Below are positions 10,433-21,593 of a stretch of DNA of 64,000 nt, one piece after another; position 1 is the stretch's first letter; the number at the start of each line of letters is the position of its first letter. The notes under the pieces are model-generated. The model worked only from the letters and a program-made list of their open reading frames with translations, was not told where the DNA came from and did no database searches. This stretch comes from Vulcanimicrobiota bacterium (GTDB lineage: Bacteria > Vulcanimicrobiota > Vulcanimicrobiia > Vulcanimicrobiales > Vulcanimicrobiaceae): assembly GCA_963723515.1 (NCBI GenBank), contig CAVRQT010000003.1, positions 1,017,088 to 1,081,087 of the forward strand. The letters are read 5' to 3'. The position numbers and the translations under genes are program-made.

Positions 10433-11500
10433 CTAGAGAACGCTCGAGTCATCAAGCACATAACGCAACGAGTTTGACAGAAGTGCGTTCTTGAGCTCGC
10501 GCGCGATGCGCCTTCCCGTCGACATCGGCTCGCTGTAATTGAGGTACGAGTACGGTGAGCCGTCGATGAAGAGGTTGGTCCCCGCGACGATCCGTGCAGA
10601 AATCTCCATGACATAGAACTGCGTGTCGGGCGTGATGATCGTTTCGATGCAAAACGCGCCGAAGAGACCTTTCGGCGGACAAATCTCTTTGCTGACGCGC
10701 ACAACTTCTTCGCCCATGTGATACGCTTCCGCGAGCATCGATTCACGCAACGAGAGCGGCGCATTGCCGACGACGACGTATGAGGGTTGGAGGTCGAGGC
10801 CTTCTTGCGCATTGGCAGGGATGCGACCGAGCGAATCGACGTTCGTTTCGTACCGCCGATCCATCGACATAATTTCAAGCCGGCCGGTCAGCGGCGAATA
10901 GAAATAATGAATGTAGAGCGGCACGCCGATGATGTATTCTTGAATGATGTAATTGCGTCGCGCTACGAGGCCGGCTCGCTCTTCGAAATCGTGCGCATCG
11001 CGCAGGAACATGTAGCCTTTGCCGCCTTGAGCGCCGTAGAGTTTCACGATGACGGGCCGATCGATCTCGCTGCCGTTGCGGAATTGGCGCGGCAGATTCA
11101 AACCGGCTGCGGAAAGCCACTGTCGTTGCAATTCGCGGCTCGCCTCCCAATCGAGGATCGCTTTGTTGCCGAAGTAGGGAATCGTCATTCGCTTATGATC
11201 TTCAAGCGATAGGTAGGCGACGAACGAGCCGTGCGGGACGATGATGATCTTGCGGTTGCCGAGCAGATCAACGTGCTGCGGAAAATCCTCATAGCGCGGA
11301 ATGCCGATGACTTCATCGACGAAATTGAAGGAACGGTAGAGACGTTCGGTCTGGCGGTTCGCAATGGCGAGCGTCCGAAAGCCTTCGTCGTGCGCGCCTT
11401 TGAGAATTTGCAGCGCGGAATGCGATCCCAGCGTCGCAATCGTGTAGAATTCGGCCGTCTTTGCCTCAAAGAGTGGTTCGACTTTTTCCGCAAGCATCAT
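10433..11500 (-). CDS. purP: Archaeal-type FAICAR synthetase (formate-dependent, ATP-grasp)
   Basis: IATLGSHSALQILKGA, VPHGSFVAY, GAQGGKGY, HYFYSP, MDRRYETNVD, EISARIVAGTN. Confidence 0.88.
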   Translation of the reverse strand: MMLAEKVEPLFEAKTAEFYTIATLGSHSALQILKGAHDEGFRTLAIANRQTERLYRSFNFVDEVIGIPRYEDFPQHVDLLGNRKIIIVPHGSFVAYLSLEDHKRMTIPYFGNKAILDWEASRELQRQWLSAAGLNLPRQFRNGSEIDRPVIVKLYGAQGGKGYMFLRDAHDFEERAGLVARRNYIIQEYIIGVPLYIHYFYSPLTGRLEIMSMDRRYETNVDSLGRIPANAQEGLDLQPSYVVVGNAPLSLRESMLAEAYHMGEEVVRVSKEICPPKGLFGAFCIETIITPDTQFYVMEISARIVAGTNLFIDGSPYSYLNYSEPMSTGRRIARELKNALLSNSLRYVLDDSSVL

Positions 11501-11943
11501 GACAAGATCGCCCTCTCGATCGCCGGATTACACAACAACACATCAGCTGCGGTTTTCACGACCGCTTGCTCCGCCGGAGCGCCGTTTTCATCGAAGAGTT
11601 GCCAGCCACGCACTCGTTTTGCAGAACGGACGCCGGAAATCATCTTGCCGCCGAGCTGCGCCCGCAGACTAGGGTCTTGGCCGAGCTCCTCAACCCACAG
11701 CTCGCCTTCGAGCGGGTCTGCGCCCGCACGTTCGCTCAGCGTGTGCTTGTTCGGATTGAAGAGCAGCTCGTTCGCTTGCACCGCTTCCAGCAAACCGTCG
11801 CTCTGCTCGGTTTCGAAGAGCCAGATGTCGGCGCGTTCCAGTTGTGAAACCGGGACGCGCAGACGTTGCAGCGTCATCAGGGCCGTGAAGGCTTCATTGT
11901 CGGGAATCTTGAGCGTGATCGCGACGCAGCGCACGTGACTCAT
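11497..11943 (-). CDS. purS: PurS-like protein, apparently two PurS units in tandem
   Basis: ATG overlaps the purQ stop; halves end in LLFNPNKH and LLCNPAIE (compare PurS LLANPVIE). Confidence 0.65.
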   Translation of the reverse strand: MSHVRCVAITLKIPDNEAFTALMTLQRLRVPVSQLERADIWLFETEQSDGLLEAVQANELLFNPNKHTLSERAGADPLEGELWVEELGQDPSLRAQLGGKMISGVRSAKRVRGWQLFDENGAPAEQAVVKTAADVLLCNPAIERAILS

Positions 11944-12726
11944 CGTAATGCCTTGGCAAAGCTCTCGAAGAGCAGCGAACCGCCCGATGGCGCGAGAGCC
12001 GCCGCGGCATTGCCGAACGCGGATCGGCCGATTTGCGAAGTTGGATGATTGAACGTCCACGCATCGCGCTCCGGATGCGGCATGATCGCAAGCACATTGC
12101 CGGCTTTGTTCGTGAGCGCCGGCTGCACCGAGGGCTGAGCCGTTAGGATTCGCGGCTTCGTTCGCAATGCCGTCGGCGCGCGCATAGACAAACGCGATGT
12201 GGTCGCCCGATTGAATCTCGGCGAGATGCGCATCGGTTGCCGCGAGCCGGCCCTCGCCGTGCGCCGCCCACGCCGGAATCAGCACATCGCGCTGTAGTGC
12301 GGCGGTAATCGCACACCGGTCCGGCGCGATCACGAGGCGGACATAGACATGCCGGCAGATGAACTTGCCGAGCGGCGCGTTCTTTGTGAATGCCGCGGTC
12401 GGACGCCGTGCCGCGCCGGTTCCTGGAACGAGTCCTGCTTCCAGAAGAATTTGTGCGCCGTTGCAGATGCCCAACACGACTTTGCCGGCCTGCGCCGCTT
12501 CGATGACGGCGTCGGTCAAGCGATCGTGCGCCGCGATCGCACCGGCGCGGATGCGATCTTCGTACGCGAATCCGCCCGGCAGAACGTAGGCGTCATAGCT
12601 TCCGAGCGTTTCGGCGCGGCTCCAATGCACCAGCTGCGCGTCGATGCCGACGTCGCGCAGGATGCGCAGCGTTTCATCTTCGCTGTTTGTGCCTGGATAA
12701 ATCAATACGGCGACGCGAGCGCTCAC
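11940..12726 (-). CDS. purQ: FGAM synthase glutaminase subunit, one frameshift
   Basis: PGTNS, LPGGFAYED, GICNGAQIL, AHGEG, MPHPER. Confidence 0.93.
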
Positions 12727-14900
12727 GCATAAACCTCAGCGAGCGGTTCGGACCATTGCTCGAACAGTACGTTGAGCGGATATTCTCGATCACCAAGGAT
12801 CAGCGATGGGCTGTCGATCGTTTGACCGATCTTTTGCACGCCGGGAATCCGTTCAAGCGCGTTATCGCCTTCAACGACGAACGCAATCTCGCCGGCGAGG
12901 CTCGGTGCGTCGATGCGCGCGCCAATTGTTAATCCGGCTTCCTGCGATCCGTTAGCCAACTTTACTACTGCGGCAATCACTCCGCCGTCGAACGTCACGG
13001 AGCAGGCGCGTACGGTTCCCTTTGCCATCGCACCACCAATGTGCGGAATTGCGTCCGGCGTTGCGGCGTAAATCGTTGAGCCGGCCTCTTTGAAAGCGGG
13101 CGTGATTGTCTTAGAAACGTCTTGAAGCGCTCCCGCGCAGCCGACAATCGCTGAGGCCGGAATCGCCTTACCTTCAGCGGACTCATTGTAGAAACTGACG
13201 TTGCCCGAAACGAACGGCAGCTCGAAATCCAGCGCGGCTTTCCTCAGACCTTCAACAGCGGCGACGAATTGCGAATAATGGTCCTCTTTGCGGGGATTTC
13301 CAAAGTTCAAGCAATCCGTAAGTCCGAGCGGAGTTGCGCCGACGGCGACGACTTTGCAAACCGCTTCAACGACCGCCTGATACGCCGCCTCAAAAGCGCG
13401 ATCGGCGTTCGGCTCCGGCTTACCGGCAACGGCAACTGCAAAGCCGAGCGACGTCCCCGGTACGATCATAACGCCCGCGTCATTATTACGCGCAATTACC
13501 GTTGCGCCGCGCACAACGGCATCATACTGCTTATAGAGCGGCTCTCTCGAACAGATGTTGAGATCGCTCAGCTATCGATGGCCTTCTGTCACGCTGTCGA
13601 CCCTGAGCGACGTCTCGGTGCATCGCAACGCCGCGCGTTCGCCGCTCGACATAGCACTTCGCGCCATCAGCGTTTCGTCGAAAGGCAGGTCGTCGGTGAT
13701 TTGGCCCGTTAGGAAGTCGATATCAACGTCCATCACGATGTCGTTGCCCGTCCGCAGAACGTAGCGTTTTTCTTTCTGGACCGCGCCGATCACCGCGGCG
13801 CATGCACCGCGCGCTATCTGCGGCAGCGAAAATTCTTCATTATATATGCGCAGCACGTTCGCGGTTGCTTCAGGGGGCAACACCCATGCCAGCCGTTCTT
13901 GCGTTTCGCCGACCGCAATCACGGCTGGCGGAAGATTTTCTTGTGCGGTCGACACGTCGTCGAGATCGATGATCGCGCCGAATCCACCGGCTGCGCACAG
14001 TTCCGCCGTGCACCCCATGATGCCGCCGGCGCCGAGGTCTTTGAAACCCGCCGTGATCTTGCGCTCTCGCAAGTACTCAAAGACACGATATGTTGCGCGC
14101 ATGATCACATTTTTCAAGAACGGATCCGGCACTTGAACCGCCCCTTTGTTCGCTTCCGCGTCGGCAGCATCGAGCGTCAGCGAAGCAAAGGCGGCTCCTC
14201 CGAATCCGCTCGCATCGGTCGCCTTACCGACGAGCACAATGTCCCACCCGGCCGAGTCCGGCGGCGCCTTCGAATGAATGATGTCGTTCTCTTTAAGGAT
14301 GCCGAGCGCGATGACGTTGACCAAACAATTCTCGTTGAAACGCTCATCGAAATACACGTCGCCCGCGATATTTGGAACGCCGATCGCGTTGCCGTAGGCC
14401 GCGATGCCGTCAACCGCGCTTGTGGCTACATATCGCTGATGTGAATCAGCGTCGTCAACGCGACCGAATCGCAACGCATCGGCGATCGCAACCACTTCCG
14501 CACCCATGCAAAGCACGTCCCGGACGATGCCGCCGACGCCGGTTGCGGCGCCTTCAAACGGCACGACTTGCGATGGATGGTTGTGCGATTCGTGCGCGAC
14601 GACGATCGCATAGCGCTCGCCGTTGTGCTCGCCGAGCCGTAAAATGCCGGCGTCTTCGCCGGGTCCCAAAATCACTTGCGGCGCTTTTGTCGGCAGCCGC
14701 TTTAAATGCTGACGGCTACTCTTGTAACTGCAGTGCTCGCTCCACTGCGCCGCAAAAGCATGCGCTTCAACGATCGATGGATTGCGTCCAAGGCCGGCGG
14801 CGACTCGGCGCAGTTCATCGACGCGAAACCCGAGGCCGGCGTCGCGGGCAGCAGCATGAAGCTCTTCGTCGTCTCGTTCTCGGACGACGAAATCAGGCAA
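12723..14900 (-). CDS. purL: FGAM synthase small PurL, frameshifted
   Basis: WSEHCSYKSS, ESHNHPS, GAATGVGGIVRD, DLGAGG, TDCLNFGNP, SGNVSFYN. Confidence 0.93.
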
Positions 14901-16086
14901 GCGTCGGGTTTTGGGGTGGCGCGTTCACATTCGCGTCGGCTTGCAAGATGGCGGTTCTGGCGTTCGTTTGCACCAAAAGCGTTCGTCCGAAGAGCACAGT
15001 ATCGTCGATCGCAAAGGCCTTCGCCGCTCGCAGCGCGATACTGTCAGCCACGTCGTTTCCGTCGAAGACGAGACTCGCCGTCGCGTTTTCAATCATGCCG
15101 CGCAACGCGCCGTCCGGTCCACCCAGCGCAATGTAAATGAGCCGCGGAAATGATGTGTCGAGCTGTTGCACCATCTGCAAGACGTAGCCGGGCGTGCGAA
15201 TTGCCGAAGCAACGCGGCGAACCGACGGCAAGCCGAAGCTCTGCAGCGCCTGAACGATTCCCTTGGCTGCTTCCTCAAATTCCGGACCCTCCGTCACGAC
15301 TGCCACCATCCCGGGACGCATTTGCGGAAACGTGCCGACTTGTTCGGCGACATTCTCATACGCAGTCTTAACGCGCATGAGGTCTTCGGGCTTGACGCTT
15401 TCCAAGTTGCGATAGAGTTGCTTGTCGAGCATCAGCTCCTCGCGACCCTGCGGCCAAACGCGCCACGAATCGTTATCGATCACGTCCGCAATGACGAGGT
15501 TGCCCTTGTTCTCTCCGCCGGTCAGCCGGCCGAATTCGATTTTCAGATCGACCAGCAACGTATCGCGCTTGCGCCAAGCGTGCGCCAATATTTCGAACGT
15601 CAGGCGCGCAATCTCGGTCATGATCCCGACTTCGACCGGCGTTGCCAGGTCGCGACTGATGATTTCATCAACGGTGATCAGCGGATCGTGGTTCGCGTCA
15701 TCTTTAAAGAAGAACTCAACCATCCGCGGTACGATCAGTGCGCCGCGCTGCAGCCCCGGATTGCGCTTGATGAGCGAGCCGGCCGCGACGCCTCGTGTAA
15801 CGACCTCGAGCGGAATCATATTGCAGCGCCGCACGAGCATCTCGTTGTTGTCATCGTCTTCACCGCCGCTGATGTAGTGCGTCGGTAATCCGCACAGATT
15901 CAGCAGCCGAAAGACGCGCGCCGTCGTTTGCGCGGCAAGCCGCCCTTTTCCGGCAATCTCATTGCGGCGTGCGCCGTCGCCCGCTGAAATCTGATCGGTT
16001 TGGGCGGTGACAAGAACATCCGGCTGACCCGGCTGCTCGTACAGTACCTTCGTCTTGCCTCGAGCGATCTCGATGCCTTTGTTCAC
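14893..16086 (-). CDS. purC: SAICAR synthetase fused to a degenerate PurE-like domain (PAICS architecture)
   Basis: GKTK, DQISAGDG, DLKIEFG, ADVIDNDSWRVWP, DKQLYR; C-terminal FGLPSVRRVASAIRTP. Confidence 0.88.
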   Translation of the reverse strand: MNKGIEIARGKTKVLYEQPGQPDVLVTAQTDQISAGDGARRNEIAGKGRLAAQTTARVFRLLNLCGLPTHYISGGEDDDNNEMLVRRCNMIPLEVVTRGVAAGSLIKRNPGLQRGALIVPRMVEFFFKDDANHDPLITVDEIISRDLATPVEVGIMTEIARLTFEILAHAWRKRDTLLVDLKIEFGRLTGGENKGNLVIADVIDNDSWRVWPQGREELMLDKQLYRNLESVKPEDLMRVKTAYENVAEQVGTFPQMRPGMVAVVTEGPEFEEAAKGIVQALQSFGLPSVRRVASAIRTPGYVLQMVQQLDTSFPRLIYIALGGPDGALRGMIENATASLVFDGNDVADSIALRAAKAFAIDDTVLFGRTLLVQTNARTAILQADANVNAPPQNPTLA

Positions 16087-17500
16087 GCTGTAACCTCTTG
16101 TTGAACGGGAAAGGGCGGTAAGTGATCGATTTTTTCGGCGACGGCAAGCGCGCGTTGTTCCGCCGTGCCGACGTGCTTGCCGGGATCGAGCAACCGGCGA
16201 ATCTCCGCGGGATCGAGCCGCTCCGTCAGCTCTTGTTCTTCCGTCAGCAAGCGCGCCAGCGGGTTGTCCTCACCGCGCGAAAGGGCGCCCCACGACGTCA
16301 TGGCAGCCGTCCGAACCGTCTCGTGCAAAACTTGGCGATCTCCCCCGGAGCGCACCGCTTCCATCATGACGGCTTCCGTCCCCGCGAACGGCCCATACGT
16401 GCGCAAATTTTCGGCAATCCGGCGCGTGTTTACGCTGAGTCCGTCGACAATGCGCCTGGCGAGCGAAACTAATTCATCTGCGCAAAGCATCGCTTCCGGC
16501 AAGATCGTGCGGCGATTTGCACTGTCGTCGAGCGTGCGCTCGAGATAATTTGTGGCCGCATTCTGCCAAGCAACGTCGGCGTAGGCCGGCAGCAGGCGTG
16601 CAAGCGAGCAGATGCGCTCGGAAAGGATCGGGTTCCGCTTGAACGGCATCGCCGAACTGCCGACTTGCGATTTCGCAAACGGCTCTTGCAACTCGCCGAA
16701 TTCTGGAGAACTTAACACGCGAATGTCCGCGGCGAATTTTGAAAGCGAGGCGCCCAACCCTGCGAGAGAGGCGACGAGCAAGTAATCGAGCTTTCGCGGA
16801 TAGGTCTGCGTGCTCACATCTCTCGCCGCCAGACCCAGCTTATCGAGAATAACGCGCTCTTGCTCGCGCAGATGCGCCAGGCCGTTGCAGCAAACGTTCG
16901 TATGATGCCGACGTCCCAACGGCGCCGCGGATGCCTTTCGCGGTCAAGTTCTCAAACGCAAAGCGCAACGCTGCGTCGTCGATCAACAGATCCTGGGCGT
17001 AAACCGCGAAGCGATGACCGATCGTTGTTGGTTCTGCGGGCTGCAAATGCGTGAAGCCCATGCACACGTTGCCCGCAAACTCGCGGACCCGCTTGGCAAA
17101 CGCTTCCAGCACCCCATGCAGCGCAGCGCCGATGAACGACGAGAGCGCGCCGCAGACGGTAGACCTCGACATTATCTTCGATGTCCATCGATGTCGCGCC
17201 CAGATGCAGCTTGCCGCCGCCGACCGGCGCCTGTTTCGCGAAGACGCGAATCTCCGCCATCAAATCGTGATGAATTTGCGCTTCGATCTCATGTGCGGCA
17301 TCCAAATCGATGTCGTTGCGATGCGCGCGCAGATCGGCGACCTCTTCCGGCGTGACGAGTCCCGCGTCGGCTTGCGCTTCCGCCAGCGCGACCCAAACGG
17401 TGCGCCACAAACGCCTGCGTTCGTGCTCCGAAAAGAGCGCACGAAGTTCAGGCCTCCCATATCTCCATGAAAACGGAGAGGCGTAGGTGCGATGATTCAT
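16083..17500 (-). CDS. purB: Adenylosuccinate lyase, frameshifted
   Basis: YASPFSWRY, HLGATS, THLQPAEPTT, SSAMPFKRNP, ERTLDDSA. Confidence 0.93.
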
Positions 17501-17526
17501 TCGGTCTTAGCCGCTTCTGGCAACCT

Positions 17527-18535
17527 TTACGCCGAGCCTGGTTTGGCTTGCACGCTTGGCCGGCTTGAGAGCCCTGCGAGCTCGGCCGTTAACATCTCGA
17601 CAAGCAATCGCTGGTCGTCGATCTTGCCGGTGACGAGCGCTTCAAAGGCTCGCACGGCGCGCTCATATGCATTTCTGCGCGCGACGCTCACCGACGCGCG
17701 CCGCAACCGGACGCAAAAACCGTTCGCGCCACTTTGCACGCGGCGGCAGCGTGCCTCCCGGTCGAGCCAATTCCCACAGCAAGCTCAATTCAGTCGCCAG
17801 CGCTGCAATCAACGGCACACCGGCCTTGCGCGGATCCTGTTCGAAGAGATCCGTTGCGATCTCGAAGCGCCGCATCGACGTTGCCCTCGACGAGCGCGCT
17901 CGCATATTTGTACGCCTTCGGATCCTCAACCGCGAGGCTCTCCCGCTCCAGATCCGCATACGAGATTTTCTTGTGCGTCAAAGCGAGCTTTTCAAGATCG
18001 TTGCGAATTGCGGCGAGCTCCGCCGTCGCTGAGGAAAGCTGATCGATAACGCGCGCTTCCGCTTTGACGCCCGAGCGTCTCGAGCAGCTCTTCGAATGTA
18101 GCGCTCGCGCACCGGAGCATTCGCCGTCGTGTCGATACGCAGAGCATTGCGGCCCGCCAAAACGCCAAAGGGTTCCGGCCGTTTCGCGCGCGGCGAGAGC
18201 AGATCGCAAAGCACCAGCGTGTTCCCCTCGGGCGTCTGCTCGGCGACCTCCCACAACTCTCGACGTAACGGCGTCTTCATCGTTTGCGCGTCGGTCACGA
18301 CAATCACGCGCCGGTCGGCCAAGAACGGCATCGCGCTCACCGCCTCAGCGATGCGCGCCGTATCTTCGATCTCGGGGCCGTGAAAGCGGTCGACGTTTAG
18401 CGCTCGCGCCTCGGCCGGCAGCGCGCGATCGAGCAGAAGTTCCAAGGCGCGTTCGGCCAACGTGCGTTCCGTGCCCTCGATGATGACGAGCTTTGCGAGC
18501 TTCGGGGCCTTGTCGATGAACTCGTAGTACTTCAT
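17527..18535 (-). CDS. holA: DNA polymerase III delta subunit, frameshifted
   Basis: [32 protein letters not shown]; size fits. Confidence 0.75.
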
Positions 18536-19536
18536 GCGAACGCTGCGACGCTGGGGCGATTCGCGAGATCGCGGAATTGATTCCGAGTATGGCGGTTGCA
18601 GAATTCCGTATTCGGTGATGAAGGCCGTAATCAATCGCGCCGGCGTCACGTCGAACGCCGGATTGTAGGCGCGCGTACCGCTGTCCGTGCTCGAGGCGCC
18701 CGCGAAGGTGCGAACTTCATCGCCGCTGCGCTCTTCGATCGGAATCTTCGCGCCGCTTTCCAGCGTCAAGTCGAACGACGAGCGTGGCGCGGCAACATAA
18801 AACGGAATGCCGTGATGCGCGGCCGCGATTGCGAGCCCATAGGTGCCAATCTTATTTGCCGTATCGCCATTGCGCGCGATGCGATCGGCGCCGACGATGA
18901 CGAGGTCAACGTTTTTTTGCTGCATCGTGACGGCTGCCGCACTGTCAACGATCAGCGTCGCATCGATTCCGGCGTGCTTTGAGCTCATACATCGTTAGGC
19001 GAGCGCCTTGCAGCAGCGGTCGCGTTTCGCAGGCGTAGACCTGCAAGATTCTTGTGAATCTTGCCGCGGCAATAATCGCGCCCAGCGCCGTTCCGCCGCC
19101 GGCGGTTGCGATTGGGCCGGTATTGCAATGCGTCAAGACGCGCGACACGCCTGAAAAGATGGGCAACGCCGCTTCCGCGATCAGGCGGTCGATCGCGCGC
19201 TGCTCCTCGTGGATCGCATCTGCCTCGGCCAACATATCTTGCGCAGCGCAGTACCCGATCCACGGCCCAACTCAAATTCACGGCCGTCGGCCGCGCGATG
19301 CGAATGCGCTGCACTGCGGCATTGAACTGATCGTCGTCTGTGATGTTCCGGCGCAACAGCACAACCGCATAAGCGCCGAAAACACCGAGCGCGGGCGCGC
19401 CACGAATTGCCAAGCTCTTGATCGCCGACTCGAACTCGTCAACGGTCTGCGCGCGAACGACGACCGTTTCGTGCGGCAAGCGACGCTGATCGAGATATTC
19501 GATCGCATCGCCTGCCCAACGTAACGCTTCCTTCAC
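18532..19536 (-). CDS. mtnA: Methylthioribose-1-phosphate isomerase, frameshifted
   Basis: [52 protein letters not shown]. Confidence 0.93.
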
Positions 19537-19997
19537 GCCGGAATTTGCAAGACGCTCGCGGCGGCCATCGCGCGCAGCATAGCCTTTGTTGCCGCGTTTC
19601 GGATCGGCACGCTCCGCGGCTTGTTCGTACGTATTCGGTCGTGAGAATGCCGAAGCCGATTGGACGTCCGGTTTCCAACTGCACGTTCATCAGCCCGCGC
19701 GCACATTCGGCCGCGATGTACTCAAAATGCGGCGTCTGGCCGCGAATGACGGCGCCGAGCGCGACAAGGCCATCGCAGCCGCCCGCGAGCGATAACGCGC
19801 GCGGCTGCGATCGGCAGTTCAAAGCATCCGGCGACGTCGTAGGTCGTGACGTGTCTCGATGCCGCGCCGCACTCGTGCAGTGCAGCCTTCGCGCCTTCCA
19901 AGAGCTGATCCGCAAGATCCGGATAAAAGCGTGCGCAGACGACCGCAATGCGCTTTCCGCGAAGACTGTAGCGCTGCTGCTGTGCAGCATGCTTCAC
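19533..19997 (-). CDS. ribH: 6,7-dimethyl-8-ribityllumazine synthase, frameshifted
   Basis: IAVVCARF, VAGCFELP, LGAVIRGQTPHFEY, FGILT. Confidence 0.92.
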
Positions 19998-21404
19998 TGC
20001 GAGACGGCTTCCGCCGAGAAGAGATGTCCTAACTTCGAACGTTTGGTTTCGATGTAACCGGAGTTAAACGCAGTCGGCGGCGGTTTGAATCGGGACGCGG
20101 TCGATGATGCGCAAGCCATAGCCCTCCAATCCGAAAATCTTCTTCGGGTTGTTCGTCATCACGCGCATTTCGCGAACGCCAAGATCGAAGAGAATCTGGG
20201 AGCCGATTCCGTAGTCGCGTTTGTCAATGGGAAGTCCGAGCGCCACGTTGGCCTCGACGGTGTCCATGCCGCGATCTTGCAATTCATAGGCGCGCAGCTT
20301 GTTGGCAAGGCCGATGCCGCGTCCTTCTTGGTGCAGGTAGAGAAAGACGCCGCGCCCTTCCTCGGCGATCATGGCCAGCGCGCCGTCGCGTTGTGCGGCG
20401 CAGTCGCAGCGGATTGAATGCAACGCATCGCCGGTGAGACATTCGGAATGCACGCGAACGAGGATATTCTTGCCGTCGCCGATCTCGCCCATAATCGCCG
20501 CCACGTGGGTCAAGCCGTCGATCGCGCTTTCGTACGCAACGCCTTGAAAACTGCCGAACGTCGTCGGCAATGCGAAATCTGCAATGCGCTGCACGAGCTT
20601 TTCATTACGCATGCGATAGGCGATCAAATCTTTGACGGTGATGAGGCGCAGATGATGGTTCTTTGCAAAGACGCGCAGCTTGTCGAGACGCGCCATCGTG
20701 CCGTCATCCGCCATGATTTCGCAGATCACGCCGGCGGGATAGAGGCCGGCAAGTCGAGCGAGATCAACGGCGGCTTCAGTTTGTCCCGCGCGCACGAGCA
20801 CGCCGCCGTCGCGGGCTCGCAACGGAAATGTGTGGCCCGGCCGCAAGAAATCGGCTGGACGTGCATTCGGATCGATGAGCGCGGAAATCGTCGCGGCGCG
20901 ATCGTAGGCCGAGATACCGGTCGTCGTTCGGCCACGCGCTTCAACGGAGATCGTGAACGCCGTTTCATGGACGGCGGTGTTTTCGGAAACCATCTGCGGC
21001 AGCTGCAGCTCCTCGAGCCGCTTGCCGGTCATCGGGACGCAAATCAGGCCGCCGGCTTCTTTGCGCATGAAGTTGATCGCTTCGGGCGTGACCATCTGCG
21101 CAGCCATGACGAGATCGCCTTCGTTTTCGCGATCCTCGTCATCGAGCACGACGACCATCTTGCCGTCGCGGATATCTTTGATAGCAGAGTCGATCGTGTC
21201 GAATGCCGATGCGTCCGGTGGCTTCGCTAAGTCGGGCAGCACCGTCGAAAGGCGCTGCAGCGAGCGGAACGACGGCTCGCGCTGGCCCGAGCGGAGGTAG
21301 GAAATCGCGGATTCTGTTAAGCCGGAGCGCTCGGCCAGCTCGGCCGCGTTGAGGCCGGCGGCATCCATGGCGGATTTGAGAGCGTCAGCGAAGGTGAGCG
21401 GCAC
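19994..21404 (-). CDS. ribBA: XRE-HTH fused to bifunctional DHBP synthase/GTP cyclohydrolase II
   Basis: N-terminal LAERSGLTESAISYLRSGQREPS; DEDRENEGD, RVHSECLTGD, CDC, QEGRGIGL, MTNNP; frameshift near the C-terminus. Confidence 0.92.
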
Positions 21405-21412
21405 GGAAATTT

Positions 21413-21441
21413 AGCGTAGGACGCGACTTAACAGATGTCAA
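21413..21441 (-). promoter_or_regulatory. Sigma70 promoter TTGACA-N17-TACGCT with an inverted repeat over the -35 box
   Basis: Minus strand ttgacatctgttaagtcgcgtcctacgct; GTG start follows the -10 after 8 nt; imperfect IR ttgaca-tc-tgttaa. Confidence 0.7.
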
Positions 21442-21473
21442 CTACCTAGGTGTGACGTGAGCCACGCACCTTC

Positions 21474-21497
21474 TGTCACGCTGAGCTTGTCGAAGCG
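21474..21497. repeat. REP-like unit
   Basis: tgtcacgctgagcttgtcgaagcg. Confidence 0.85.
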
Positions 21498-21509
21498 CCA
21501 CCGCCGATA

Positions 21510-21537
21510 TGAAAGAGCCGCCCGTTAAGGGCGGCTC
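21510..21537 (-). terminator. Intrinsic terminator
   Basis: Minus strand gagccgccc-ttaac-gggcggctc followed by tttca. Confidence 0.7.
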
Positions 21538-21564
21538 ACGCTGCTGGTAGCAGTAGCACCGTCT
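21510..21564 (-). ncRNA. Putative ~55-nt small RNA complementary to the upstream tRNA-like element
   Basis: Extended -10 TGTGGTATGAT at 21570-21580; 5' 23 nt complementary to 21630-21654; ends in a terminator. Confidence 0.5.
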
Positions 21565-21593
21565 TGACTATCATACCACAGCGGAGCCGCGGT

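Noticed and set aside
11497..12726. PurQ-PurS fusion (409-aa ORF)
   Set aside because: The PurQ MPHPER motif lies in another frame ending at 11940, with an ATGA overlap to purS
17978..18988. MtnA-HolA fusion
   Set aside because: Frameshift artefact; an ATGA junction is present at 18532-18535
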